A DNA stretch of 59,495 nucleotides from a virus (lineage: Duplodnaviria > Caudoviricetes): positions 1 to 59,495 of IMG/VR virus record IMGVR_UViG_3300002514_000031. One strand, written 5' to 3'. A program made the position numbers and the translations under genes. The notes under the pieces are model-generated. The model saw only the letters and a list, made by a program, of their open reading frames with translations. It was not told the DNA's origin and searched no databases. Position 1 is the first letter of the stretch; every line of letters begins with the position of its first letter. Positions 9,159 to 19,924 of the stretch are shown here, piece by piece.

Positions 9159-11722
9159 TTCCCAAATCACTTGGCAATATGTCGGCAATGATCTCGCTCG
9201 ATACAGCTGGTGTCGATACGGGGGCAGCTCTCACTATGCGGAAGTTGCAAACCATGCAATCAACGCTTCGCAGCAAAGGTCTTTTGACTCTGGGTATCGG
9301 TCTGGCCTTTGCTGCACCGTTGGCGATTGCGTCCAAATCATTTGCTTCTTTCGAGCAGCAGATGGCCAACGTCTCCACTATGGTTGACGATACGGAAAAG
9401 CATATGGGGAGGCTGACGCAGGGTGTAACGGCGATGTCAATGGAGTTCGGTCAGGGAACCGAAACTATATCAAAAGGTTTGTATGATATTCTGTCGGCCA
9501 CTATTCCAGCGGAGAAGGCGTTGGGCGTTCTTTCTGTATCTGCTCGAGCAGCGATTGCAGGCGTGACCGATACAGGCGTTGCGGCTGATGCGATTACTAC
9601 ATTGTTGAGTTCCTACGGCCTCGGAGCTGAACATGCGGCCAGCATGTCGGATCTTCTCTTTGGGATCGTCAAACGAGGCAAGACCACTTTCGCAGAATTG
9701 GCTCCCACCATAGGGTTGGTTGCGTCATCAGCAGCATCAGCAGGGGTTTCCGTAGAGGAGTTGGGTGCCTCGATTGCTACGTTGACCCGTAACGGTGTGC
9801 GCACGGCCAATGCGGTAACGGCCACCAATGCTATTATTATGGGGTTTATGAAACCAACGAAGCAAGCAGCAGCATACGCCAAAGACAAACTCGGATTTTC
9901 TCTGGGCGTGGCAACGCTCAAGGCGGAAGGATTGGAGAAGGTTTTCAAGCGGATAGCGCATTTGCCTCCTGACGCTATTGCGAAGCTGTTTCCAAACATT
10001 CGAGCGTTGCGGGGTCTCCTTCCTGCGTTGAAGAGCATGAAGGGTTTCTCGAAGGATATTGGATTGCTCACGGCACGAGCGGGGATGACGGATGCTGCTT
10101 ACAAGAAGATGTCCAAAACTCTTTCCTTCGCTATGGCTCGTGTCAAGCAGTCGATGATGGCGGTGCTGGTGACGGTGGGATCGGCGTTGGCTCCTGCGTT
10201 GATGTCGATAGGAAGAGCGTTGGCGGTAGCAGCGAAGCACGTGCGGGGATTCGTAGAAAGAAACAAAACGCTCATCAAAGTTCTGGCGGTGGTTGCCGTG
10301 AGTCTCATTTCTATCGGAACGGCGATGTTGCTGGCTTCGGGAGTTCTGATGCTGGTGACGAAGGCGGTGGGAGGTTTGGTATTCATCGGGAAGGCGTTGT
10401 TTGGGGTTTTGACTTTGATCACGGCTCATCCGATTATTGCTTTTGTTCTTTTGCTCGGTGCTGCTTTCGTATACATCGCAGGAACAGGCGACACGTTCAT
10501 GGAGAAACTCAAAAGCATCGGAAACGTCATCATGACTTTTTTGACTCCTGCGATCTCTTGGTTGAAAACGGCGTTCACGGTAGCGTGGGCAGCGATTCAA
10601 ACGGCGTTCAAAGCAGCAGTTGCTTTTCTCATTCCCGTCTTTGAAGCCATCCGCACGAAGATCCGAGAGATTGTTGTGGCGGTGGTTTCGTTTTTGACTC
10701 CCGTATTTATCACGTTGGGTGAAGTCTTTTCGCAGGTGGCGGATACGTTGATTGCTTATTGGCAGATGATAGGTGATATCATCGGGATCGTTGTGGCGGC
10801 AGTCAGCGAGGTAGTCACTGCCATGGTGGACACCTTAGTGGAAGCCTTCACAACGTACCTGATGCCTGTGCTTGTTAAGGTGGGAGAGTTCTTCACGTGG
10901 CTCGGAGGCTTGATTCAGACGGCCTTCGGGGCTGCGGTAGAATGGGTCAAAGGAGCGTTGATGGATTTGGAGTTTGCCTTTTTGAATTGGAGGCTGGTCA
11001 GTGCGTGGATCCTCAACGGGTTCGTGTTGTTTGCGGTTTCGAGTTTTTGGAAAATCATTCATCAGATCAAAAACATTCCCACGTATTTGAAATGGGTTGC
11101 GGACAACTGGAGAGATATTTTTCAGACGATGTGGAACGCCATCAAAACCTTCTCCATGAACGTGGGAAAGAATTTGGCTGGCTTGTGGAAAGCCATTTGG
11201 GGTTTCATGAAGGGAGAAGGTTGGAATTTCAAATGGACGGGATTGATGGATGGTTTTGAAAACACAATCAAAGAGTTTCCGAAGATCGCCGAACGAGTCA
11301 TTGGGCCAGTTGAGCAGAGTCTTGTGGATAAGCAGAAAAAGATCAACGCAGAGTTGATTGCCGCTCGGGCAGCGTATGACAAATTGAAGGCGGAGAAGGA
11401 CGCTGGGCGGGGTGTTCCCGAAGATACTGGCCCAGAAGCAGAAGAAACACCGAAGGTTCCCGAAGCAATCAAGCTGGATACTTCGGACGCATCCCCAGAC
11501 ATCGCTGCGGCGGTGGCGGAAGGAGTTCAAGCGAAATCCTCGTTGGCTGGAATGGTCGAGAAAGGATCCGCCGCAGCCTTTGCCGCAGTGGTCAAGAGCG
11601 ACAGTGTCGCCAAGACCACCGCACGCAATACTTCTACAATGGTGAAGTATCAAAAGAAAGCTGTTCAGTTGTTACAAGAAGCAACTACAAAACCAAAGGT
11701 CGTTGATCTTGGTTTATCATAG
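9155..11722 (+). CDS. Tape measure protein (TP901-type core)
   Basis: FEQQMANV and GKTTFAELA motifs, Ala-rich amphipathic repeats, periodic Trp/Phe; ATGA overlap at 9155. Confidence 0.92.
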   Translation: MIPKSLGNMSAMISLDTAGVDTGAALTMRKLQTMQSTLRSKGLLTLGIGLAFAAPLAIASKSFASFEQQMANVSTMVDDTEKHMGRLTQGVTAMSMEFGQGTETISKGLYDILSATIPAEKALGVLSVSARAAIAGVTDTGVAADAITTLLSSYGLGAEHAASMSDLLFGIVKRGKTTFAELAPTIGLVASSAASAGVSVEELGASIATLTRNGVRTANAVTATNAIIMGFMKPTKQAAAYAKDKLGFSLGVATLKAEGLEKVFKRIAHLPPDAIAKLFPNIRALRGLLPALKSMKGFSKDIGLLTARAGMTDAAYKKMSKTLSFAMARVKQSMMAVLVTVGSALAPALMSIGRALAVAAKHVRGFVERNKTLIKVLAVVAVSLISIGTAMLLASGVLMLVTKAVGGLVFIGKALFGVLTLITAHPIIAFVLLLGAAFVYIAGTGDTFMEKLKSIGNVIMTFLTPAISWLKTAFTVAWAAIQTAFKAAVAFLIPVFEAIRTKIREIVVAVVSFLTPVFITLGEVFSQVADTLIAYWQMIGDIIGIVVAAVSEVVTAMVDTLVEAFTTYLMPVLVKVGEFFTWLGGLIQTAFGAAVEWVKGALMDLEFAFLNWRLVSAWILNGFVLFAVSSFWKIIHQIKNIPTYLKWVADNWRDIFQTMWNAIKTFSMNVGKNLAGLWKAIWGFMKGEGWNFKWTGLMDGFENTIKEFPKIAERVIGPVEQSLVDKQKKINAELIAARAAYDKLKAEKDAGRGVPEDTGPEAEETPKVPEAIKLDTSDASPDIAAAVAEGVQAKSSLAGMVEKGSAAAFAAVVKSDSVAKTTARNTSTMVKYQKKAVQLLQEATTKPKVVDLGLS

Positions 11723-11731
11723 GAAAAGCAT

Positions 11732-12742
11732 ATGGCATTTACACTGAAATATATTGATGTGAAAATGGGCAAGAGCAGCCCGCATGGTCAAGATCGCACG
11801 TACAAATTAGAGTATCAAGTGACCTCCGATGCAGCGACAACTTTAGGCGCGGCTGCGGATTATCTGGTGAGCAATCTTCCGTCCACGCTGACTTCCTACG
11901 GCGATGCAAATGCGAAGCTGGAAGATTTCTCCTGTAACGCTTTAGAAGAAGGATCCGTGTTGTTGAAGTTCGGCGGCACCGCCAACTATGAAAAGAAAAG
12001 ATCCTCTCAATCAAATGAAGATGAAAATTCTTCAGATGAAGTCCAGATCCGTTTCGGGCAAAACTCATATGAGAAAGTCAAATACTCTTCTTTTGACGCA
12101 AACAAAAAGAAAGTCGCTGTTTTGAATTCTGCTGGTGCTCGGTTTGGAGAACCTTTGTTGCAGGTTGAAAAACGATTACAAATCACGGTGTCCAAAACCT
12201 ACAACAAGTCCGTTATCAATCCAGCGAGTTTTCAACGGTATTTCGATTCAGTCAATCTCAATGCAATCCGCATCGCAGACATTCCCATTATCCAAAGGGG
12301 TGGGCATATGAAATCCATTTCACCAGTAGCACAACGAATCACTGGCGATGACTATGACTGGCGAATCACTTATGAGATTGAAGTCAGAGGAAACGGCGAG
12401 ACGTATGACCGAGAGGTTCTGGATCAGGGTTTCTACTTTTTGGAAGAAGTCAACGGATATGAAAACGCCGCAGCGATCAAAGCCAATCCCAATGGGTTTG
12501 TTTTGAGACTCAAAAAGGATGGAGGTTCAACTGGTGTTTCTTATTATCGAAAAGTACATGCCAAGGTCTTGAATGAGGATGGCGAAGAAGAAACCTCGAA
12601 GGAACCCGTGTTGTTGGATGGTAAGGGCGGGTTGTTGTTCGACACAACGCCAGGAAATGAAAAGTACATCGTGTATAGGTCTCATCCCGAAAAGAATTGG
12701 AGCGTGTTGGATCTTCCCAAAACCGTAGCGGAGGGATTGTGA
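11732..12742 (+). CDS. Tail tip/distal tail protein (putative)
   Basis: Directly after tape measure; NSAG..F, LDQGF and PVLLDGKG blocks. Confidence 0.55.
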   Translation: MAFTLKYIDVKMGKSSPHGQDRTYKLEYQVTSDAATTLGAAADYLVSNLPSTLTSYGDANAKLEDFSCNALEEGSVLLKFGGTANYEKKRSSQSNEDENSSDEVQIRFGQNSYEKVKYSSFDANKKKVAVLNSAGARFGEPLLQVEKRLQITVSKTYNKSVINPASFQRYFDSVNLNAIRIADIPIIQRGGHMKSISPVAQRITGDDYDWRITYEIEVRGNGETYDREVLDQGFYFLEEVNGYENAAAIKANPNGFVLRLKKDGGSTGVSYYRKVHAKVLNEDGEEETSKEPVLLDGKGGLLFDTTPGNEKYIVYRSHPEKNWSVLDLPKTVAEGL

Positions 12743-13635
12743 TGCCTAAGAATGAAGGCGTATTGATTCGCAAAGACAATGCCGCAGCTCTTGGCGAAGT
12801 TGCCCGCGAGTTTGGCGGCATCCCCAAGTCCGAAGTTGGCGAACGAGTTGAACGGGGAAACGCTCCGAGGAAACCAGATCACAATCTCATCAGCGTGTAT
12901 AATAATTCGGCAGTGGTGTTGGTGCCTTCTAACATTGTTCAAATTTACAAAACAGGAAGCGTTCAAGATCGTTCGCCTATCATGACGAGGGAGTTGGGTA
13001 ATGTGGCTTGGCACGCTTCTACTCCTAATGGAGTGAATGAGGGAACCTATGCGGTGATGCTTACTCAAGCAACTATCGAAGGGATTGGAAAGGCTTTGGT
13101 TGCGGGCGTTGTGAAAGTTCGGTTAGATGATACGAATGAAGGGCTGTTCGCCAATCCTCAATACAATAATCTTACCAGCATGGCTACTGAGCCCGTTGGA
13201 ATGTTCAAAGTATTGTATGTGGATACGGCGGGAGATTCTGATACATGGGGTTTCATTCAATTGGCAGTTCCTATGGATGAAGAATTTGACGCTGAAATCA
13301 CGGGCAATACTTCTTTGGGGGGTAACCAATGGACATATTCATTCAAGCAGATAGAGAAGTTGACCGCTGATTATGGAAATTGGACAGATGTTTCTGGAGG
13401 TTGGATCGGCGCAGCAGCTCTCAATCGAATAGAGGATATCAACGCAGCCACAGGCGTGCAGGGTAATGGAGTTGATGCGGCCAATCTGGATCCAGCTGGT
13501 ACGGGTTCGGATACGTTCTTCATAAAAGAATGTCCAACGGGCACACCAGTAAGGATGAAGCGGATCCGTTTTGCTGACGGCACTTCTGAGTTTTGGTTCT
13601 CTTATAGTAATGGGGTTGATGGAGGGTGTAGCTGA
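12742..13635 (+). CDS. Tail tip protein (putative)
   Basis: Overlapping stop/start junctions on both sides; ends NGVDGGCS. Confidence 0.5.
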   Translation: MPKNEGVLIRKDNAAALGEVAREFGGIPKSEVGERVERGNAPRKPDHNLISVYNNSAVVLVPSNIVQIYKTGSVQDRSPIMTRELGNVAWHASTPNGVNEGTYAVMLTQATIEGIGKALVAGVVKVRLDDTNEGLFANPQYNNLTSMATEPVGMFKVLYVDTAGDSDTWGFIQLAVPMDEEFDAEITGNTSLGGNQWTYSFKQIEKLTADYGNWTDVSGGWIGAAALNRIEDINAATGVQGNGVDAANLDPAGTGSDTFFIKECPTGTPVRMKRIRFADGTSEFWFSYSNGVDGGCS

Positions 13636-14672
13636 TGACTGGTAATAATCTCAGAGCTGGATGTTGTTGTAACGATACGATGTACGTGATCCACGATCCA
13701 GATGTTGGTGATGGCTCCACGCAAAAGTTTGAGATTGATGGCGGAGGTTCAGCCATTCCTCAATGGGGTTATAACACAGGTGATAATGGTAGAAGGATAC
13801 GGGTTGGGAATGATGGCCATGTCTATGTTGTGGGTGGTTATGGTGACCCAGCAGGAGCAATCGTTTGGAAGTTGACTTTGGAAGGGGCGTTGGTTTGGTC
13901 GGATGGTCTTTCAGTCGGGTGTCTTTTTGGTTATGGTGTTTGGGTTGATGCGAATGATAATGTTTATGTTATTGGTTCTCGACCAAACACGGCGGGATAT
14001 AATGTTTATGATAATGTCGGGAAGTATAACTCGGCTGGAGTTTTGCAATGGGGATTCAATACAAAACCTTATGCTAACAGAGTGGATGTTTATGATATTG
14101 CAGTAGACTCCAATGGGAATGTTTATTTGACCTTCCCCAAAACAAAATACCCAACAGCGGGGGGTTCCGATTATGATTGGATGAAACTGGACTCAGATGG
14201 AAACTTGATTGATGGCGGTGTGTTGGGTGCGGGTTCCAGTTACTCCACCAGAGCAATAACAGTTGACTCCAACGACAATGTTTATGCAACCGTGTACGAT
14301 AAGATTCAAAAGTTGGGGGGTTGGTCTTACACGGCACAAGACTATTTATTGGATATAACGACCGATGATGATGGAAATGTTTATGCTTGCGGAGGCCAAG
14401 CGGGAATGATGAAAGACCAACTTTACAAACTCACTTCCGCTGGCGCGTTGGTTTGGAGTGAGGTTGTCAAGAGTCATCATTATAATGTCCTTGAAGGCCT
14501 TTCAATTCAAAATTCCAAAGGGCTTGTTTATGTCGCAGCCAAACAAGGAGTATGGAATGCTGGAGGGGGAGTTTGGAGAGTGAACTCAGCGGATGGAAGT
14601 ACATATGACCATCCTCTTTCTGCGAGCATAGAAGATTACTTGCGAGTTGCGGTGGGCCCGACATCATGGTGA
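13635..14672 (+). CDS. Beta-propeller protein, putative receptor-binding protein
   Basis: Repeated (I/V)xVDxxxNVY...KLxSxGxxxW blades; N-terminal GCCC. Confidence 0.7.
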   Translation: MTGNNLRAGCCCNDTMYVIHDPDVGDGSTQKFEIDGGGSAIPQWGYNTGDNGRRIRVGNDGHVYVVGGYGDPAGAIVWKLTLEGALVWSDGLSVGCLFGYGVWVDANDNVYVIGSRPNTAGYNVYDNVGKYNSAGVLQWGFNTKPYANRVDVYDIAVDSNGNVYLTFPKTKYPTAGGSDYDWMKLDSDGNLIDGGVLGAGSSYSTRAITVDSNDNVYATVYDKIQKLGGWSYTAQDYLLDITTDDDGNVYACGGQAGMMKDQLYKLTSAGALVWSEVVKSHHYNVLEGLSIQNSKGLVYVAAKQGVWNAGGGVWRVNSADGSTYDHPLSASIEDYLRVAVGPTSW

Positions 14673-14992
14673 GACATTATCATATAGAAGATAGGCATGC
14701 GATTTGTTTGAGTTGTGATCACTCAAGCGAGAATGCGAGATATTGTGACTTGTGGAAAGAGGGTTGTTTTGAAAAAGAACGCACGAAGTTTGAAACAAAA
14801 TGCCCGTTGGGCAAATGGAAAGAAGTGGATGCGAGTTCGGAGTGTAAGTTTCGATCCTGTAGAGGGTGTCACGGACAACCTGAATGCGGTAGTGGTGTAG
14901 GTGGCGATTGTGATTTTGGAATAGGCTCTTTTTATAGATGCGAAGTATGGCGAGATGCTTATGGAGTTGAAAAACTGAATGCTGATAACTGA
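14666..14992 (+). CDS. Cys-rich small protein
   Basis: RHAICLSC, CPLGKW and further Cys clusters. Confidence 0.6.
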   Translation: MVRHYHIEDRHAICLSCDHSSENARYCDLWKEGCFEKERTKFETKCPLGKWKEVDASSECKFRSCRGCHGQPECGSGVGGDCDFGIGSFYRCEVWRDAYGVEKLNADN

Positions 14993-15551
14993 TTATACAT
15001 TAGAATGGACTGCTTTGAATGAGGCTACAATTACGTGGGCAGGCGGAGCTACCGATGTGTACTGGACTATTTATGTCAATGGGAAAGTGCTGGATCAGTT
15101 TGAAGATTCAGGTTCAATCTCAAAAACAATTTCGCTTCGGGAAGATGATAATCATACAATCGCCATTGTAAAATCTTCAACGATCCCGCTAGAGGCTATG
15201 CCGTCACCCGAAGCAGCAGTGCTTCTCCGCCCAACGGTGCGATGGGTACGGGTTCCTGCGGCTTCTTCCTATGTATTGTATTTTGTTGATGCAAATGATA
15301 GCAACTATGAATACATCTTGGACACGATATTTGCTGACGAGGATTCGCCAGACGTATATGAATGGCGGTTCCCGAGTGACTTGGAATTTGCAGGAGAAGA
15401 TGTGGTGCGTGTGAAGGTTGTTGCTGAAGGTAGTTTCGGAACCGCAGCAGCTCCTTCGATTGTTTCAGGATTTGTGGGTGGGCATCCCGCTCACGCTTAC
15501 AGCATTACTTCGGGAGACGGCAGCGTGTTGACCATTGATCGGGAAAGGTGA
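14979..15551 (+). CDS. Virion protein, Ig/FN3-like (putative)
   Basis: Beta-rich with W..V..ASSY.LY pattern. Confidence 0.45.
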   Translation: MLITDYTLEWTALNEATITWAGGATDVYWTIYVNGKVLDQFEDSGSISKTISLREDDNHTIAIVKSSTIPLEAMPSPEAAVLLRPTVRWVRVPAASSYVLYFVDANDSNYEYILDTIFADEDSPDVYEWRFPSDLEFAGEDVVRVKVVAEGSFGTAAAPSIVSGFVGGHPAHAYSITSGDGSVLTIDRER

Positions 15552-15904
15552 TTGTTATGGCTGGTATTGAACGAGAAGAATTTGTTGAACAGAACGGCAA
15601 GTGCCAATTGAAATTTCAAAAATTGGAGAGTGAAATGAACACACTGAAAGAAGCAACAGCACATACGAGCGGACAAGTCGATCAGATTCATGGGATAGTT
15701 TGCGGTGATGGGAATGGGAAGCCAGGGATTCGTGAGCAGTTCCGAAATCAAGAACGCGCACGGGAACGGACAGAAGATCGTCTTCAACTCGTTGAAGAAC
15801 ACATAGCAAATTACAGTTGGAAATTATGGCAGAAGTTCGCAGCGGTCTTGGTGGTAGGCTGCGCGGTGGCTAGTGTGATTATCCAATTGGTGAGAATTTT
15901 ATAA
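15548..15904 (+). CDS. Coiled-coil protein with C-terminal transmembrane helix (possible lysis protein)
   Basis: Coiled coil, GDGNGKPG, C-terminal hydrophobic helix. Confidence 0.5.
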   Translation: MIVMAGIEREEFVEQNGKCQLKFQKLESEMNTLKEATAHTSGQVDQIHGIVCGDGNGKPGIREQFRNQERARERTEDRLQLVEEHIANYSWKLWQKFAAVLVVGCAVASVIIQLVRIL

Positions 15905-15905
15905 A

Positions 15906-17399
15906 ATGATACCGAATGAACTACAATTGTATTATTCTTCCTCTGAGGTGGCCTCGGATGGTGGATCTTTGCCCCAAAAGACGGTGACAGATGATGCCGC
16001 CAATCGGTATACTATTGATTGGTCAGACGCCAGCGGTATTGATTGGAGTTATGCGGTTGGATGGTTCGATAATGATACAACCACGGTGGCTCTCCGAGGC
16101 GTGCTGTTTTCGGTGTGGAGTGCTACGGGATCCGCTATCACGTTGGCAACGCAACTTCCCACCGAACCGCAAACGGGAGACACCTTCAGATTGGCTCAGG
16201 GTCTCAGCTTCCAATCATCAATGAAGATACCTATCAATGCAGTGAACGCTTCCGCTCCTGAATTGGCTACGGTAGAGTTGGTTTTCCTTTCGGGCGTTAC
16301 AATAAAGCAATGCCGATCCGATGCGGATCTGTACGTGCGCTACGATGCTGATGATGAAACAATCACGATCTCATTGGATAATGAGACTTGGAATTGTTCT
16401 TCAGCGTTGGATGTCTCTTCGGCAGTCACAGATGGATACGTTCAAACAACTACAGGAGAATGGTTGAGCATTGACGTAGATGACACGGCACTGCCCGCCA
16501 CTTCAACAACTCAGCGGATCCTTGTTTCAGAAATTCATAATGCGATCTTGCCTGTGGTGTGGGTTGAAAGTGAAAGTTTCGATCTGGTGCTTCATCATTT
16601 TGCCGTGATGGAAAATGAAAGCAGCGGAACCGAGGACATCACAGCCTTCGCAAACGAGATCGCATCCACTACGCTTGCCGCTCAATATAATGATGGTGAT
16701 GAATATATTGATCTCACGGACGGTGAAGGATTTCCTGGCAGAGACTTTTGGCTTCATCTGGATGAGTCCATAGATGACATTCGATACGTGACTCAGCGAG
16801 CAGGGAACAGATGCTATTTGGCGGATACGAGTGATTGGATGATTGTTCCTTTCAATCAGGGCACAACAGAACCTCCCACAGGACAAAGAGTGGAAGATTT
16901 AACAACACAAACAGCGGGGATGCTTAGAGCCGTTTATGTTACAAGTGGTTCATGGGCGTTGAATGATGCAGCGGGTTTCTTGTGGGTCTCTGACTATGAA
17001 GGTGCTTCTCCTTGGAACACGGGGGAGTTCGTTGAGGAGTCACCGCAGCCTGGAGATGTATACTGCGAGACTGATGGGACTCCTTATTTTGGCATCAGAG
17101 AAAAGGCACGCCAACCCATCTGGTATTCGGGAGACACTGTTCAGAACTATCCTGATTTTGATTTGGCTTTGATCGCTCCTGAAAGTTCTTCGGAGTACAC
17201 TTCCATTGAGCATCCGCAAGACACAATTCCAACTTCTTTTTCGCCGTGGTTTGAAGGAGCGGTATACTGGGAAAAAGAAATTGATGATTCATCTTTCTCC
17301 AGCGAACAGATTGCCTTGGTCTTTCGCAGGATCCTATTGGAAGGTATTCAAGGCAATCTACAAATAGAACAAAATCTCTTTTTCGATTGGGAGACATAA
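15906..17399 (+). CDS. Acidic virion structural protein (tail appendage, putative)
   Basis: 497 aa, Asp/Glu/Ser/Thr rich, tightly packed in the late gene block. Confidence 0.5.
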   Translation: MIPNELQLYYSSSEVASDGGSLPQKTVTDDAANRYTIDWSDASGIDWSYAVGWFDNDTTTVALRGVLFSVWSATGSAITLATQLPTEPQTGDTFRLAQGLSFQSSMKIPINAVNASAPELATVELVFLSGVTIKQCRSDADLYVRYDADDETITISLDNETWNCSSALDVSSAVTDGYVQTTTGEWLSIDVDDTALPATSTTQRILVSEIHNAILPVVWVESESFDLVLHHFAVMENESSGTEDITAFANEIASTTLAAQYNDGDEYIDLTDGEGFPGRDFWLHLDESIDDIRYVTQRAGNRCYLADTSDWMIVPFNQGTTEPPTGQRVEDLTTQTAGMLRAVYVTSGSWALNDAAGFLWVSDYEGASPWNTGEFVEESPQPGDVYCETDGTPYFGIREKARQPIWYSGDTVQNYPDFDLALIAPESSSEYTSIEHPQDTIPTSFSPWFEGAVYWEKEIDDSSFSSEQIALVFRRILLEGIQGNLQIEQNLFFDWET

Positions 17400-17400
17400 A

Positions 17401-18117
17401 ATGAAATTTGATGAAAAAACAGCACAGATGATTTTAACGGCAGATGAGAGTTCTGATACAACTTGCTTCCCGTTATTTGTCACTGCTGCAACAGGGGGAG
17501 TAGCACCAAAGACTGGCTCAAACCTAACCTTCAATTCTGCTACTGGTGTCTTAGGTGCGGAAAGCCTTACTCTGGAGAATTCATCTGGAACTGATGCCAG
17601 TATCACTATGGATGGCACGGGTGCTTATACAGGAGTATTCAGGTGGGAATCCGATAACAACCGATTTGTTTTTCAAAACATTTTCAAATTGACTTCGGGA
17701 AAACAGATTCATTTCGGATTCACCACCAATAACATCAGCGGTTCAGCGGATGGTGTTCTGGATATCAATGCGACCAATCGAATACAAACAACGGGCGGGT
17801 TGATAAATACGCCTGATGCGATAACAGCAACAGATGCGGGGGTTGCAGCATCATTGACTACATTGAATACCGAAGTAACAACCAATGGTGATAGCGACCT
17901 TGATAATGTCACGCTGGCCAACGGTACTTCGGGGCAAATTAAGCATATTTATTGCGTAGTGGAGGGCAACGCAGCGGACACTTGGAAAATAACACCCGCT
18001 ACAATGTGTGGTGGAACTCAGATTACTTTTTCGGGTGTCGGCGAAGGTTGCACGATGGTTTATGCTGATAATGAGGGCTGGGTTGTAGTAGCTAATAATG
18101 GTGGCACAATTTCATAA
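17401..18117 (+). CDS. Tail fibre-like protein
   Basis: LTFNSATGVL and VTLANGTSGQIK..., ends in a W-containing fibre-type motif. Confidence 0.55.
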   Translation: MKFDEKTAQMILTADESSDTTCFPLFVTAATGGVAPKTGSNLTFNSATGVLGAESLTLENSSGTDASITMDGTGAYTGVFRWESDNNRFVFQNIFKLTSGKQIHFGFTTNNISGSADGVLDINATNRIQTTGGLINTPDAITATDAGVAASLTTLNTEVTTNGDSDLDNVTLANGTSGQIKHIYCVVEGNAADTWKITPATMCGGTQITFSGVGEGCTMVYADNEGWVVVANNGGTIS

Positions 18118-18132
18118 GGAAAGGAAATAAAA

Positions 18133-18348
18133 ATGCCAGAGCTTAAATTTACGATCAAGAACGCATCGTGGGTAACGCGGATTCAAAATGCTTATAAGCA
18201 AGCATTCCCGAAGCCTGATGGTGTAACGGATGTCCAGTGGACAAAGCGAATGATTGCCCAACAGGTCAGGCAGTTTGTTCACCAACAAGAATGGGAAGCT
18301 GCTGAGAATGCGATCAGCGTGGATGTGCCCGATGATGTTATGTTATAG
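18133..18348 (+). CDS. Hypothetical protein
   Basis: Strong AAGGA RBS. Confidence 0.6.
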   Translation: MPELKFTIKNASWVTRIQNAYKQAFPKPDGVTDVQWTKRMIAQQVRQFVHQQEWEAAENAISVDVPDDVML

Positions 18349-18377
18349 TATAGGAATGATTCATTGAGGAGACCAAA

Positions 18378-18623
18378 ATGAACGAATTACAAATGATGGT
18401 GGTGGTGCCGAACGGACAGCAGGCTCAGTTACTTATGGCCTTGTGTAAGGCTGCATTGTCTTCGGGAGATTTGAACATGGCTGATCTTGCAGTCACGGTG
18501 TCTAAATCTATCCACGTGAACGATGACGTGATAGGATTGGTGTTCCCAGTTCCAACTCCCGAGGAGCCAGAGGATGTACCCGTAGACAACAGAGAACCGC
18601 CTGTGTTTGAGGAAGAAGGATAA
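18378..18623 (+). CDS. Hypothetical protein
   Basis: GAGGAG RBS. Confidence 0.6.
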   Translation: MNELQMMVVVPNGQQAQLLMALCKAALSSGDLNMADLAVTVSKSIHVNDDVIGLVFPVPTPEEPEDVPVDNREPPVFEEEG

Positions 18624-18627
18624 CAAT

Positions 18628-19224
18628 ATGGCAAATGAGATTCAATACCGACATACGACGACTGGAGCGGATACGATTTATGCTGTGGTACGAAAAGCAG
18701 TGACGAATCAGTATTGGGATACCACAGGTTCACCTGCTTTTGAGACACTTGTTCCAGCGAGTTGGACAGATTATGACATTGCTATGTCGGAGACTCCTGC
18801 TAGTGGCTACACTTACACAGGAGCTTTTCCAGCAGGCATAACAGCAGGTAGATACAATGTAGACATCTATCTTCGAGCAGGCGGTTCTCCAGCTATCACT
18901 GACACGCTTCTTGCTACGGGTGTTATGGATTGGGACGGAGCCGCTGAAATTCTTCCGTCCACAATAGATGCTACGGCAGATGCGATCTTAGTAGACACCA
19001 ACGAGCTTCAAGCCCAATTTGATGATGTGGATTCGACTGGAACCGAAGTCATTACAGCTGCTAAGGCCATGGAAATTTGCTTAGCAATTCTTGGAGGCAA
19101 CGCCACCTTCAACACCAACACTCGAGTCTGGACGATCTATGGCCGTGATGGTTCTACTTCCCTGTGGACGGTGACAGAATCCAATACTGTAAATGGAACC
19201 CGAACTGCTAGCACGAAAGTGTAG
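18628..19224 (+). CDS. Virion protein (putative)
   Basis: ATG 18628 with AAGGA RBS; Thr/Ala rich. Confidence 0.55.
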   Translation: MANEIQYRHTTTGADTIYAVVRKAVTNQYWDTTGSPAFETLVPASWTDYDIAMSETPASGYTYTGAFPAGITAGRYNVDIYLRAGGSPAITDTLLATGVMDWDGAAEILPSTIDATADAILVDTNELQAQFDDVDSTGTEVITAAKAMEICLAILGGNATFNTNTRVWTIYGRDGSTSLWTVTESNTVNGTRTASTKV

Positions 19225-19231
19225 GTGAAAC

Positions 19232-19924
19232 ATGTGGCCTTCTTATCACTGGCCGTCATATCATTGGCCTGAAAGACATTGGCCATTAGTTCCTAATCAC
19301 GTGGAACAGGTAGCCAGATCCCTGCGCACACGCAGACTCCTCGATGAGAGGTGGCACGTGGTGCTAGTTGATGCGACTGGCGTGCGAAGGGGATTGGGCT
19401 GGATGGACGTGCCTACCACCGCCGCAGGAACCATTACCGTGCCTGCGTGGATTCCTGACGGACTGTATGATGTAGAGATCGAAACCTATGGAATGGCATG
19501 GAGCGGTTTGATTCAGAAAAACATCGGATCTATTTTGATTGACAGTGGCGCTTCCGAACGAGCGGAGGAAGGATTGCCGCTGCTTAGCAATTTGAGATAC
19601 GATTGGAATGAAGGTTACATTCGCTTGCGTTGGGATGGTGAGGTTGCTCCTGAGGATTCTGGATTGGTCTCCACTGGAATCTGGCTGGATAATGGAGTTC
19701 CGAATTTCGGGACGGATCCCACCTACACCATCCCACTTTTTTCCAATTTCACCACTCATCAATATATCCTGTTTGAAAATCAAACCTATACGCACGCAGG
19801 GGTCGCAGCCATTCGGGATTCGGATACAGGCGATGGGGCTTGGATCCTCCTGCCGACATTAGCAGAGGATGATGCTGGTGCGGTGACGGTAGTGAATCCG
19901 TCAACGGTGATCGTGGAAGGTTGA
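19232..19924 (+). CDS. Hypothetical virion protein with N-terminal WPxxH repeats
   Basis: Begins MWPSYHWPSYHWPERHWP; last + strand gene of the late block. Confidence 0.55.
   Translation: MWPSYHWPSYHWPERHWPLVPNHVEQVARSLRTRRLLDERWHVVLVDATGVRRGLGWMDVPTTAAGTITVPAWIPDGLYDVEIETYGMAWSGLIQKNIGSILIDSGASERAEEGLPLLSNLRYDWNEGYIRLRWDGEVAPEDSGLVSTGIWLDNGVPNFGTDPTYTIPLFSNFTTHQYILFENQTYTHAGVAAIRDSDTGDGAWILLPTLAEDDAGAVTVVNPSTVIVEG

Noticed and set aside
9613-11653. Long minus-strand ORFs inside the tape measure gene
   Set aside because: Shadow ORFs arising from biased codon usage.
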